NCBI GenBank assembly: GCA_964449675.1
Contig: CAYVAR010000001.1
Location: forward strand, 44,877-108,876
Direction: 5' to 3'
DNA length: 64,000 nucleotides
DNA from: an uncultured Gammaproteobacteria bacterium
GTDB taxonomy: Bacteria > Patescibacteriota > Microgenomatia > UBA10105 > UBA927
Shown piece after piece: positions 38,904 to 50,200 of the stretch. The translations under genes were made by a program, and so were the position numbers. Positions within the stretch are counted from its first letter, which is position 1. Each line of letters opens with the position of its first letter. The notes under the pieces were generated by a model, which saw only the letters and a program-made list of their open reading frames with translations, was not told the DNA's origin and did not search any database.

Positions 38904-38996
38904 GGATACATAACACAAATCGAGAGATTTTGTTGGGTAGTTCTCGACTCGAGTTTACCCCGATCTTTTCGAGTGTTTCAAGCAATGTGGTAGGCG

Positions 38997-39401
38997 CTAC
39001 AGAGTTTTAAACCCCATCTGTTCAAAGTTACGGTCGAAAGTGAAAACCGTCTTGATTTTCAACTCTTTCATTACTACATAACTGGTACAGTCGGTAAAAG
39101 ACCATTTTTTATCTCTGTTATATCGTCTAAGTACTTCTTGGGCTTTAACAAATCTCTGTTCCGTAATCCTTTCAATGCTCCACTTGCCTAAGGTTAAATT
39201 CCGGTCAAACTCCATAGCCAGCCGGTAACCCTCTTTTGACAAAAGGGCGGTGTACGTTTCGTCAATAACGTAATCAGTAAGAATAGTCCTTATTTTTTGG
39301 GCCTCAATTTTTAACAAAACCTCTCTTGCCTGCTGATGGTCTTTGTCTCCCTGCCGAAGTAACGCCACGAAGGCACCAGTATCAATAAATATATTTGTCA
39401 T
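38997..39401 (-). CDS. vapC: PIN-domain VapC toxin
   Basis: IFIDTGA, SFTDCTS and FTFDRNF. Confidence 0.92.
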   Translation of the reverse strand: MTNIFIDTGAFVALLRQGDKDHQQAREVLLKIEAQKIRTILTDYVIDETYTALLSKEGYRLAMEFDRNLTLGKWSIERITEQRFVKAQEVLRRYNRDKKWSFTDCTSYVVMKELKIKTVFTFDRNFEQMGFKTL

Positions 39402-39642
39402 GATTTCTGGCCAAATCTACTGGACCAGTAGTCTTATATTTTTTAGCCGCCTTTACCATCCTAAACATGGCCCTGATGGCGCTTATTTTTTTAACTGTCT
39501 TAGCGACTCTCTTCCTGTCCTGTATCTTCTCAAACAGAAACTCCCGTACCAAACCCGAGATGGATCTGCCTTCTTCTCTAGCCAAAACAGCCAACTCTAA
39601 CCGAGTTTTGTCATCAATCATGAGCTGTACTCGTTGTAACAT
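39382..39642 (-). CDS. Ribbon-helix-helix antitoxin
   Basis: MLQRVQLMI...SISGLVRE...DLARNHDKY; resembles 2215-2460. Confidence 0.8.
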   Translation of the reverse strand: MLQRVQLMIDDKTRLELAVLAREEGRSISGLVREFLFEKIQDRKRVAKTVKKISAIRAMFRMVKAAKKYKTTGPVDLARNHDKYIY

Positions 39643-39745
39643 ATACACAATACTATTACACAACTAATCAGGTGTCAATCCGACGTTTGGGGATTTTGTC
39701 AATTCCAATTAACTCCTTAGTTTTGTACGATATACTTATAGGTAC

Positions 39746-40288
39746 ATGACCCCACATTTTCGTTTTCCATTTACCGGAAATTTTGCGATCACTTTTCCGT
39801 TTGGGGCTGCACCTATAACTAGTGATATGCAGAAAAAATTTGATGCGTGGGGGATCAAAGGCCATGACGGCGTTGATTTTGGTTTACCAGAAGGGACTGA
39901 GGTGGTAGCGGTTGACGCTGGTACCGTTTCTCAATACGGAGAAAATGGCGACTTCGGCATATCAGTAACTATCAAGCATGAATGGGGAATCAGTCTCTAC
40001 GCGCATTTGCACGATACAGCGATAACACTTCATCAAAATATAAAAGAAGGAGAGGTTATTGGCCACAGCGGACAAACGGGAGTTACAACCGGACCACATC
40101 TGCATTTTGGTATAAAACCAAATGATGAAGTTTTGGAGAATGGATATCTGGGATTTGTTGATCCTACACCAGGTTTTGTGAAAGCGCGCCAGTTCAAGGT
40201 AATCAAACGGCAACAGACGCTTGAACGCGAAGGAAAAATTCGTCAAAAAGGCATCCGCGGCAGATCGGTGTACACCCCAGTTCAGTAG
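39746..40288 (+). CDS. M23 family metallopeptidase
   Basis: HDGVD, YAHL and TGPHLHF. Confidence 0.9.
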   Translation: MTPHFRFPFTGNFAITFPFGAAPITSDMQKKFDAWGIKGHDGVDFGLPEGTEVVAVDAGTVSQYGENGDFGISVTIKHEWGISLYAHLHDTAITLHQNIKEGEVIGHSGQTGVTTGPHLHFGIKPNDEVLENGYLGFVDPTPGFVKARQFKVIKRQQTLEREGKIRQKGIRGRSVYTPVQ

Positions 40289-40363
40289 CCAATACTCAGA
40301 GTTTTAGTAAGTCACGTGTGTTGACAGAGACGTAGGAGCGTGTCATTCTAGATAGAGAAATAT

Positions 40364-42934
40364 ATGACAAAACCGCAACCACCAAAAGGAGTAACACCCA
40401 GTAGAGCTGAAGGTGAACCATCAGGTCAACCTTTTGTTTCTCAAGCTGATCAACCACTTACCCCCCCCAATGCCGCCGCACGTATCCCGGAGGATTCTCC
40501 TCAAGCGAAAGACGCGCGAGATGCGCTGGATACTTTAGCTACACGAGCCACACCAAGCGATATACCAGATGACCTTGCAGATTTTTTTACTGATTCTCCT
40601 GGAACAGCTTTAGACACTGAACAAATTTTAAAAGATGTCCAAGAAGCAAGACGGGATCCATATGAAAGACGTAGAGAAATAAATCAAGCAGTTGCCGATC
40701 CCGAGCATGCCATAACAAAAAAAGCTAGAGCTCTTGGCGCATCGCTATGGGCGCACCCGGGGGATGAAGCAGTCGTCAGCGAAGCGGTTGCGTTTTTAGG
40801 TGAAAACATGAGAGTTGCTCTTCAAGAGCCTGGACAATTGGGCGTGGGCGATATGATCGGCTTGCTAAAAACGGAATTAGGTGAACTTGAAAGCGGGCAG
40901 AGAAGTATTTATAGAAAATTGTCTGATTTTGAGGCGACTGCAGAAGTTGGAGCAGAACGAAGGACTGGCCAGCAAACGGTTACGGCAACTAAAGCGACGC
41001 TCCTGTCTATCTCCGAAGCAGCATTTCAATCAGAAGATTTGACTGCTAATAATTTGCATCTTGCAATTTCCGCATTTGAGGCAGCGCAGGTCGATATGAT
41101 ATCTGCTGAACCGGTATGGGCGGTTGATACGATGGCACGCGCAATTGAAAAAGCAGATATAAACAATCCGGCAATAAGACATGAGCTTGTCGGGATGAAA
41201 ACTAAAAATATCCTCCAAACAACCATGGACATGGATGCTCGTGCAAAAGATGAACAGCCCGAGGCGCTTACGGCGCGAGAAATAATACTTAAAAGATCAC
41301 TCGAAGCACAACACATAAATGACCAAATCAAAGAAGCTGCACGACTAGAGGCAGAAAGGGTAGCAAATGCAGAGAAGCTCGCGCGCGCGCTGGAAAGGAA
41401 AATGGCAGCAGCAGTGTCTGACGGAATGACGCAATTTTCCTATCACTTTACCGGAGGAGATGATTATCCTGTTCGATTTACCACCAGTAGCGACGGATCC
41501 GGTATCCTACGAGGTGTTTTAGAAGATGACTATCAGATGTTTGGTGAGGTTAGTCAAAATCATAGTCTTGGAGGAGTGAATGGATATCTTCAGGTATTGG
41601 AAAATATTCTTGAAACACCCGGGTTTGAGGATCGTCTTGTGGAAAAAACAGTTGGAAAGTATTGGAGTGATCCGGCCGGTAAAAGCCGTGAGGATTACAA
41701 GCGCGAAGGGAGAGAAAACGAATGGAACATGTATATGCAGCAACAGGTCCGTATCGAAGTCTATGGAAATGCTCTTGGTATACTTTTTGGAGCGGTAAAT
41801 GAAGAAGGTCCTCATATGAGTGAGGATAGACGGGCACTGATATTGCGACGGTCTCTGGAGGTACTTGGCGGCGGGAGGTCATTGGAACAACTTATTTCAG
41901 GTAGAGGTGAGCTGTCACCGGAGATGAAAATGGTCCGGAAAACACTTACAGAATATATCAAAAATCCTTTTGGCCGAGAGGAAAAAAAGAGAGACGACAG
42001 CGAATCTGTGGCAGCCAGACGAAAAGGGAGACTCAGGACGCTCAAAGATTATGCAGCGCAGGCAGATACTTCAGTGAGTGACAGGCGCAGGCGGAAACAG
42101 GAAGAACTTAGACAAAAACAAAAAGAAAAAGAGGAGCGGCGAGATCGACTGACGGCAAAGAGAACGAAGTCTCAAGAAGCACTTCGGGCTATAGAAAAAG
42201 TGAGAGTTGATATGCGTGCGTTAAAAGAAAAAGCCGCAAGACTAGGACAACTATCATACGCTCCGGTAGAAGAATTTATCACGGTTACTCCAAATGATAA
42301 CGCAGCAGGAGATCCGCTTGTTGATGTAGCTATAAACGAAGATAGATTTAGGATGCGGGAACAAGAAATTGCGCAATTGCGAGAGCAGCTAACTGCGGAG
42401 CATGTTGAAAGTCCGGACGAAATGCGTGCGACGCTCGCACGGCTTGAAACCGATCAGGAATTTGTTCAAGCGATGAGGCCTTCTGTGCAACGAGTAAATG
42501 GTCCAGCGTACCAAGGTACAAAAGAACAAAGAGGAGGGTTTTTGGGAGTTGGCAAGAAGAGACTTGGTGCTATTGCCGCAACTGCATTTGATGAAATTAA
42601 ACCATTAAGCAAACAAGAAGAATTACCCACTTATTTTTCACGAGAGATTGATGATTCTCAACGCAGTATATTTCTTGCACCAGAAAGAGCAAAAACACTT
42701 GATGATCTACGCGGGGCTTTAGAAATACAGTTAGCAGCAGATGACGTTACGGTCATAGCAGGAGACATTGAAACTGTCGAAGCAGAACTTTCCGGGAGAA
42801 GAGCTAGAGGAGCGACGCGATTTGAAAAACACCGAAATGACTTATCAAATGCGGTTAAGGGTGCCGCTCGAGTATACGTGAAAGACCAACTCTACCAGGC
42901 TTTATATCAACAGCATCGGATTTCATCGACATAA
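40364..42934 (+). CDS. Large charged coiled-coil hypothetical protein
   Basis: 856-aa ORF with a P-rich N-terminus; TTGACA-17-CATTCT promoter at 40321. Confidence 0.8.
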   Translation: MTKPQPPKGVTPSRAEGEPSGQPFVSQADQPLTPPNAAARIPEDSPQAKDARDALDTLATRATPSDIPDDLADFFTDSPGTALDTEQILKDVQEARRDPYERRREINQAVADPEHAITKKARALGASLWAHPGDEAVVSEAVAFLGENMRVALQEPGQLGVGDMIGLLKTELGELESGQRSIYRKLSDFEATAEVGAERRTGQQTVTATKATLLSISEAAFQSEDLTANNLHLAISAFEAAQVDMISAEPVWAVDTMARAIEKADINNPAIRHELVGMKTKNILQTTMDMDARAKDEQPEALTAREIILKRSLEAQHINDQIKEAARLEAERVANAEKLARALERKMAAAVSDGMTQFSYHFTGGDDYPVRFTTSSDGSGILRGVLEDDYQMFGEVSQNHSLGGVNGYLQVLENILETPGFEDRLVEKTVGKYWSDPAGKSREDYKREGRENEWNMYMQQQVRIEVYGNALGILFGAVNEEGPHMSEDRRALILRRSLEVLGGGRSLEQLISGRGELSPEMKMVRKTLTEYIKNPFGREEKKRDDSESVAARRKGRLRTLKDYAAQADTSVSDRRRRKQEELRQKQKEKEERRDRLTAKRTKSQEALRAIEKVRVDMRALKEKAARLGQLSYAPVEEFITVTPNDNAAGDPLVDVAINEDRFRMREQEIAQLREQLTAEHVESPDEMRATLARLETDQEFVQAMRPSVQRVNGPAYQGTKEQRGGFLGVGKKRLGAIAATAFDEIKPLSKQEELPTYFSREIDDSQRSIFLAPERAKTLDDLRGALEIQLAADDVTVIAGDIETVEAELSGRRARGATRFEKHRNDLSNAVKGAARVYVKDQLYQALYQQHRISST

Positions 42935-43060
42935 ATAATTAGGACTAGCCAATACGCACTGTCCTGGCTAGCCCTGTGGATGTTTTTTTATTGGAGTGTA
43001 TGCGAGTAGTTTGCTTCACGAGCAGGCGGGCCTCCAGATTTTTTTACCCTCCTTCGCAGA

Positions 43061-43088
43061 AAGCCACGGGCGTTATCCCGTGGAGCTT
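43061..43088. repeat. IS200/IS605-end-like or REP-like hairpin
   Basis: AAGCCACGGG-cgttat-CCCGTGGAGCTT. Confidence 0.45.
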
Positions 43089-43670
43089 CACTTTTTCAAA
43101 CGTTTGGTGTTTTGCGACTCTTTGAGGTAATTGCCAGATGTGGAGACTTTTTGACCGGATTTTCGTTCTAATTCCTTTCGCGCGTTACCAGCAACACTAC
43201 CACCCTCACGGGCAGCTTGTATATTTTGGGGAAACCCTTGGGCGTTTTTGGCGCGGGTAATTTTCGTGGTTGATGCTTCACTAAGCATGGTGAAGATAAG
43301 TTCAAGGTCGTCCATATGATCTCGAAGATTTTGTCTTTTAAGGTGTTTGAATTTTTTGTATTCCGATGGTGTCATGTCAAACGTTGCTTTGGAGATTTCT
43401 GCGGTGAGAATAGCGTATTCTCTATTTTTTCTCACGTTTCGTTTTTTCCATCGGAGCTTCCAATTTCAACCGTCCGATTTTTTCGGACACTTCAGTATAC
43501 CCCTCGCGTGTTAGCCTGACTTTGAGGTCATTCCAGTACTTTCTTGGCCGATCTGATTGAGTAAGGACTGCGATAACATCGATAACCGAAAACCACCATT
43601 CGTCCTGGTGAATGGTTCGGCGGATTTGTTTACCTTGGAAGAGAGCCAACTGTGTATGTACAGTTTGCAT
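43088..43670 (-). pseudogene. Bro-N (phage antirepressor-like) gene, split and apparently internally deleted
   Basis: N-half WWFSVIDVI...RKYWNDLK (43422-43670) and C-half QNLRDHM (43088-43435) lie in different frames. Confidence 0.8.
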
Positions 43671-43876
43671 ATTGTTGTAATGGTAGTATATTAAAAAAAG
43701 AAATTAAAGACTATTCTCACGGAGGGCTTGACAAGTTTCTTTAGGGAGCTATAATACATACTAATTGAATAGCCATAAGGCAGGCGAACGTTCATTGTTC
43801 GCTTCTTTTTGTCGTTCACTAGAATCATAATCGTATTAATTTTTCCATGTACTAGATTTCTTAAAGAAATTATTCG

Positions 43877-46800
43877 ATGGCTAAAGACGGCATTACCACA
43901 GAGCGATTGTACTGGGGGAAAACAGACGTAACGCTTCCTCCTTTTGATCTTACCCTCGTACAACGGGAATCCTACCAGTGGTTTTTAGAAGAAGGCATTA
44001 AAGAACTTCTGAGCGAAGTTTCTCCGATTACAGATTTTACCGGAAAAAATTGGGAACTTACCTTTGGTGATTACTATTTCGGAAGACCCAGACTTACTAC
44101 GCAACTTGCCCGTGAAAAAGGGTTGACCTATGACATGCCGCTTAAAGTCACAACGACTCTCACCAACAAACAAACAGGACATCACGTCACCCAGGAAGTA
44201 TTTCTAGGAGACATACCCGCCATGACTGAGCACGGGACGTTTATTATTAACGGCATTGATCGCTGTGTCGTTAATCAACTCGTCCGGTCTCCCGGAATTT
44301 TTTTTACTGGGGTTGTTGATCCATCTACGGGAAAAACGTTATATAGCGCGGAAATTCGGCCGATGCACGGCAGCTGGCTAGAGTTTATCATCACCCGTAA
44401 CAACGTGCTCATGGTTAGAATTGATAGGCGAAGAAAATTTGTCGCCTCTACATTTTTACGTGCAATAGGACTATCAACCAACGAACAAATCACACAGGTT
44501 TTCTCCGATGTTCCCGAAGAGATTCGTAATAAATTTTTAGAAGCGACATTTGGTAAAGACCCGACAACCAGTCAGGCAGAGGCAGTGCTTGAGCTTTACC
44601 GTAAACTTCGACCAGGAGAGCCGATTGTACTTGAAAACGCTCAAGAACTTCTAAAAACGATGTTTTTTGACTACAGGCGCTACTCTCTAGAACGGGTTGG
44701 TCGCTATAAGATGAATAAGAAATTAAATATCAATGTACCAAACAGCAAAGATCATTGGATGTTGACTCGGGATGATATCATCGGCAGTATCCGCTATCTT
44801 ATGAACCTGACCCATGGCGATGGAGATGTAGACGATATAGATCATTTGGGTAATCGTCGAATACGGAGAGTCGGTGAGCTCGTTGCGACCAATGCGTTTC
44901 GCGTCGGACTCTTGCGGCTTGAACGGTCAATTCGAGAAAAAATGAGTTTAGCAGGTCCTGCTGCAGAAGATTTGACACCAAGTCAGCTCGTAAACGCTCG
45001 ACCAATTATCGCCTCAATAAATGATTTTTTCCGAACAAGTCAACTCTCAACTATTCTTGATCAGAATAACCCTTTGGCCGAAATAGACAATTTACGCCGA
45101 CTTACCGTTATGGGTGTCGGCGGTATATCACGGGAACGCGCGTCGTTTTCCATCCGAGATATTAATGCCAGCCAGTATGGACGTATTTGTCCGATTCGAA
45201 GTCCTGAGGGACCAAACATTGGACTCGTTACCTATATGTCTTTATATACGCGGGTTGACGAATATGGATTTTTACAAACGCCATATCGAATCGTTAATAA
45301 AGTCGGATCAGGAGATAGCATGAAAATGAAAGTGACGGATAAAATTGTGTATCTCGACGCAGCAGATGAACAATACCACTATATTACCCATGCTGGGGTG
45401 TCTATAGATACCAAGGGCATGATTTCGGATGAGCGTGTTCCCGTACGCTATAAAGGTGATTTTTTAGAAGCTGATGCACATCTGGTTGAGTATATAGACG
45501 TGATTCCTCGACAAGTAGTCGGAGCACCTGCTTCACTTATTCCCTTTTTAGCTCATGATGAGGCAAATCGTGCGCTTATGGGTACGCATATGCAGTGTCA
45601 AGCAGTGCCACTACTTAAACCTCAGGCGCCAGTTGTGGGAACAGGTATGGAAGCGGCGATTTCAGAGACCATGGGTCGTGTCATTCGTGCAAAAGATGAC
45701 GGCGTCGTTGGTTACGCAGATGGAGCAACTGTTGCTATCTTTTATAAAGATGGGCAAGAAGAAACATATACTTGCAACAAATTCATGAGATCAGCGCAAT
45801 CAACCTGTTATAACCAACGAGTTACTGTAGCAACAGGACAAAAAGTAAAAAAGGGCATGGTTATCATTGATGGTCCAGCAAGTGACGCAGGAGAATTAGC
45901 ACTCGGGGCTAATCTCGTAATCTCGTACATGAGTTTTGATGGCTTGGGATACGAAGATGCGATCGTCATATCAGATCGATTGGTGAAAGATGATGTATTA
46001 ACCTCAGTTCACATCGAAGAGTATGAGGCAAGTGTGGTTGATACGAAACTTGGACCTGAGGAAACAACTCGGGATATCCCAAACGTAGGAGAAGAAGCGC
46101 TTAGAAATCTAGATGAATATGGTATTGTCGTTGTCGGTGCTGAGGTGGGACCCAATGATATTCTCGTCGGAAAAATTGCACCCAAAGGAGAAACAGAACT
46201 TACTGCAGAAGAACGGCTTTTGCGCGCTATTTTTGGAGAAAAAGCCCGAGAAGTCCGCGACACCAGTCTACGTATACCACATGGTGAACGAGGGACGGTT
46301 ATAGATGTCAAAATTTTGGATAAAGAAAAAGGCGATGAACTCGAGCCGGGAACCAACAGAAAAATTATTGTAAAAGTTGCACAAATGAGAAAAGTAGTTG
46401 TAGGAGACAAACTTGCTGGCCGTCACGGAAATAAAGGGGTCATTTCAAAAATTGTTCCGGTGTCTGATATGCCATACCTTGCTGATGGCACTGTGGTTGA
46501 TATCATAATCTCTCCGCTTTCTGTGCTTTCACGTATGAATCTTGGACAACTTCTTGAAGCACACTTAGGACTCGCTGCAGATAAACTTTCTTTACGAATT
46601 GCTTTACCAGTATTTGAAGAAGTTGCTGAAGGAAAAATTATCGAAAAAATGAAGGAAGCGAAAATACCGGTAAGCGGTAAAAGTGTTTTATTTGACGGAC
46701 GCACTGGTGAGCAGTTCTCCGAGCCGGTCGTCGTAGGACTTGGGTATGTTATGAAACTTATCCACATGGTTGAAGATAAAACGCATGCTCGCTCAACTGG

Positions 46801-47239
46801 TCCCTATTCTTTGGTTACCCAGCAACCGCTTGGTGGAAAAGCACAAATGGGTGGACAACGCTTAGGAGAAATGGAAGTATGGGCACTTGAAGCACATAGA
46901 GCAGCGCATGTTCTCCAAGAAATGCTTACCATAAAATCCGATGATGTTGTGGGTCGCGCTAAAGCATTTGAAGCAATCGTCAAAGGAACAGATATACCAG
47001 AGTCAACTGTGCCAGAATCTTTTAAAGTACTTGTTAAAGAGCTCCAGGCATTAGGACTGAATGTTATGCCGACAGGAGTGGTAATGAGCAAGCCACAAAT
47101 CGTTGCAGCAGATACAGGAAATTCTTCATCAAGCCAACCGATACAAGATGACGCAGTCACAAAAGTTGCAGTAGAGTTAGCCAAAGTAAGCGGGGAAGAG
47201 GCTGTCGTAGATGAACACATGATTAAAAAACGTGAGTAA
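43877..47239 (+). CDS. rpoB: RNA polymerase beta subunit
   Basis: PEGPNIGL, GDKLAGRHGNKG and GGQRLGEME; promoter TTGACA-16-TATAAT at 43728-43755. Confidence 0.99.
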   Translation: MAKDGITTERLYWGKTDVTLPPFDLTLVQRESYQWFLEEGIKELLSEVSPITDFTGKNWELTFGDYYFGRPRLTTQLAREKGLTYDMPLKVTTTLTNKQTGHHVTQEVFLGDIPAMTEHGTFIINGIDRCVVNQLVRSPGIFFTGVVDPSTGKTLYSAEIRPMHGSWLEFIITRNNVLMVRIDRRRKFVASTFLRAIGLSTNEQITQVFSDVPEEIRNKFLEATFGKDPTTSQAEAVLELYRKLRPGEPIVLENAQELLKTMFFDYRRYSLERVGRYKMNKKLNINVPNSKDHWMLTRDDIIGSIRYLMNLTHGDGDVDDIDHLGNRRIRRVGELVATNAFRVGLLRLERSIREKMSLAGPAAEDLTPSQLVNARPIIASINDFFRTSQLSTILDQNNPLAEIDNLRRLTVMGVGGISRERASFSIRDINASQYGRICPIRSPEGPNIGLVTYMSLYTRVDEYGFLQTPYRIVNKVGSGDSMKMKVTDKIVYLDAADEQYHYITHAGVSIDTKGMISDERVPVRYKGDFLEADAHLVEYIDVIPRQVVGAPASLIPFLAHDEANRALMGTHMQCQAVPLLKPQAPVVGTGMEAAISETMGRVIRAKDDGVVGYADGATVAIFYKDGQEETYTCNKFMRSAQSTCYNQRVTVATGQKVKKGMVIIDGPASDAGELALGANLVISYMSFDGLGYEDAIVISDRLVKDDVLTSVHIEEYEASVVDTKLGPEETTRDIPNVGEEALRNLDEYGIVVVGAEVGPNDILVGKIAPKGETELTAEERLLRAIFGEKAREVRDTSLRIPHGERGTVIDVKILDKEKGDELEPGTNRKIIVKVAQMRKVVVGDKLAGRHGNKGVISKIVPVSDMPYLADGTVVDIIISPLSVLSRMNLGQLLEAHLGLAADKLSLRIALPVFEEVAEGKIIEKMKEAKIPVSGKSVLFDGRTGEQFSEPVVVGLGYVMKLIHMVEDKTHARSTGPYSLVTQQPLGGKAQMGGQRLGEMEVWALEAHRAAHVLQEMLTIKSDDVVGRAKAFEAIVKGTDIPESTVPESFKVLVKELQALGLNVMPTGVVMSKPQIVAADTGNSSSSQPIQDDAVTKVAVELAKVSGEEAVVDEHMIKKRE

Positions 47240-47292
47240 TACATGATCAGGTGTTGATCATGTTCATTTATCATGTATCAATCTTTGTAGCT

Positions 47293-50200
47293 ATGGATAA
47301 AAAAGGAACGTTTGCAAATATTGTTGACTTTTCAGGTCTTCGCGTGACGCTTGCGTCGCCTGAGACGATAAAATCCTGGTCATACGGGGAAATTACCAAA
47401 CCTGAAACGATCAACTATCGTACGCTCAAATCGGAGAAAGACGGATTATTTGACGAGCGAATTTTTGGGCCGACCAAAGACTGGGAGTGTTACTGTGGAA
47501 AATATAAACGGATTCGCTATCGCGGTATTATTTGTGATAAATGCGGTGTAGAAGTGACACAAAGTAAAGTGAGACGCGAACGCATGGGACATATCGCTCT
47601 TGCCGCCCCGGTTGCGCATGTATGGTTTTTCAAAAGTGCTCCGTCAAAACTCTCTCTTCTTTTGGATATAAGCCCGAGAGCGCTTGAGGAAGTCATATAC
47701 TTTTCGCAGTATTTGGTGACGATGGTTGATGAAGACAAAAAAAAGTCTGTCCTTGCGCACGTTTCTGATATCGGGAAAAAACGATTACATGATGTTGACG
47801 GCCGCCTCAAGGATGAGAAGGGTACCCGTCATGAAGCATTTCAAAAAGAGAAAGAAACGTTGAAAGTTCGTTCACTTGGGATAGAAGCCAAAGAGCTTGC
47901 CATTTCAGAAATTGATCTTGAGGAAAAACAAGACCTCGCCCTCATAGAAGAAAATTCAACCAAGGAGAAAGGAAAGATTGAGGAAATCATAAAATCTCTT
48001 GAGAGCATAGTACGAAGCATTAAACCGCTTTCTACCCTTACAGAAGATGAGTATTTGCGGCTTCTTGAATACGATGCAGCGAACTGTTTTAGTGTTGGCA
48101 TGGGCGCTGAAGCAATCGTAGAAGTTGTCAAAAAGCTCGATCTTGATAAGCTCGCTTCTCATCTTCGTGAAGAAATTCAAAATTCTACCGGACAACGCCA
48201 TATTAAAGCGACGAAGAGGTTACGTGTTGTTGATGGTATGCGCAAAGCGCAAATTAATCCCTCCTGGATGATTCTTTCGACGCTACCGGTAATTCCGCCT
48301 GATCTTCGTCCCATGGTGCAGCTTACCGGAGGTCGCTTTGCGACGAGTGATTTAAACGATCTGTATAGACGGGTGATTAATCGCAATAATCGTTTAAAAC
48401 ATTTGATGGACTTAGGTGCACCGGAGATCATCCTCCGAAACGAAAAACGCATGCTCCAGGAGGCAGTTGACAGTCTCATAGACGCCACACAGCGCCCATC
48501 TTCTCGTGCGGTTATCGCACCACTACGGTCTCTTTCAGATATGCTTCGTGGTAAACAAGGACGCTTCCGTCAAAACTTACTCGGCAAACGCGTTGATTAT
48601 TCGGGTCGATCGGTTATCGTCGTAGGCCCTGAGCTTAAATTGACGCAGTGCGGTATCCCTAAAGAAATGGCTCTTGAAATGTTTAAGCCGTTTGTACTTC
48701 GAGAACTCATTGTCCGCGGTATAGCGCCAAATGTCAAAAATGCGAAAAATGTTCTAGAGCGCAGAACTCCAGAGGTTTTTGACATTTTAGAAGAGATTAC
48801 AAAAAATCATCCGGTTCTTCTTAATCGTGCGCCGACACTTCATAAGCTTGGTATCCAAGCGTTTTATCCGATTCTTATTGAAGGGGCTGCTTTGCGTATT
48901 CACCCTTGTGTCTGCGCCGGTTATAACGCTGATTTTGATGGTGATCAAATGGCGGTTCATATCCCGCTTGGTAGCGAAAGTCAGCATGAAGCCATTCACC
49001 TCATGTTGCCAACCCATAATTTGCTTAAGCCTGCTGATGGCTCACCGATCACTGTACCGAATAAAGAAATGGTACTAGGGTGTTATTATCTGACAACGAA
49101 CCAAGAAGATTTGATAAAAGACGAGAAGCAGTTGCCACTTTTTAGTGATACAAGGACGGCGATATATGTCTATCAAACAGGAACATTGTTGTTGCGGGAG
49201 CCAATACGCGTGATGATTGCAGGATCCGCGATGGTTACGACGGTGGGTAAAATCCTTTTTAACGAAATTCTGCCACAAGCACTTCGCTTCATCAATACAC
49301 CGGTCAAAGCAGCAACGGTAAAAACTATTATTACAAAAGCGCTAAGTCTTTACCCGAAAGAAGACGTCGTGACACTCATCGATGCGATAAAAACCATTGG
49401 ATTTTGGGGAGCGACGCTTTGTGGTGGACTATCTGTTTCTGTATTTGATTGTGAAATGATTCCAGAGAAAGCGGAAATTCTTTCTGAGGCAGAAAATAAA
49501 GTCACTGAGATAGATAATAATTATCAACAGGGACTCATCACGCTTGAAGAGAAAAAACGATTAAGCAATGAAGTATGGATTGAGATTACAGAAAAAATAG
49601 CAGATATGACGTGGCAAAAACTTCCGGCAGACAATCCTGTCAAGATGATAATAGACTCAGGGAGCGCCCGCGCATCCAAAGACCAACTCAAACAACTTTC
49701 TGCAATAAAAGGGCTTGTGGTTGATCCACTTGGAAAAATTGTAGAACTTCCGACGAAAAGCAACTACCGTGAGGGACTTGAAATATTTGAATACGTCACA
49801 AGTACCCGTGGATCCCGGAAAGGTTTGACAGATTCGGCACTCAAAACCGCCGATGCGGGATACCTTACGCGACGATTGGTAGACATAGCTCATGAAGCAA
49901 TCATACGGATAGCTGACTGTGGTACGAGTGAAGGATTTGATATCAGTCGAAACGAAAAGCGCCAGACGTCATTATCAGTGCGAGTCATCGGTAGATATAC
50001 GGCAGGAGATATTACCGCACCCAATAGTAAAAAGATTTTAGTGAAAAAAGGAGAGCTTATTGCAGAAAAGCATGCAAAACTTTTCGAAGAACACGGAGTT
50101 ACTGAAGTACTTGTGCGTTCACCGATTACCTGTCAGGCACAAGTAGGGCTTTGTGTCAAATGCTATGGCCGAGATTATGCAACGGGAACGGATGTAGAAA

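Noticed and set aside
36187-43670. Prophage
   Set aside because: Only a broken Bro-N gene and a fibre-like fragment; no integrase, terminase or capsid genes
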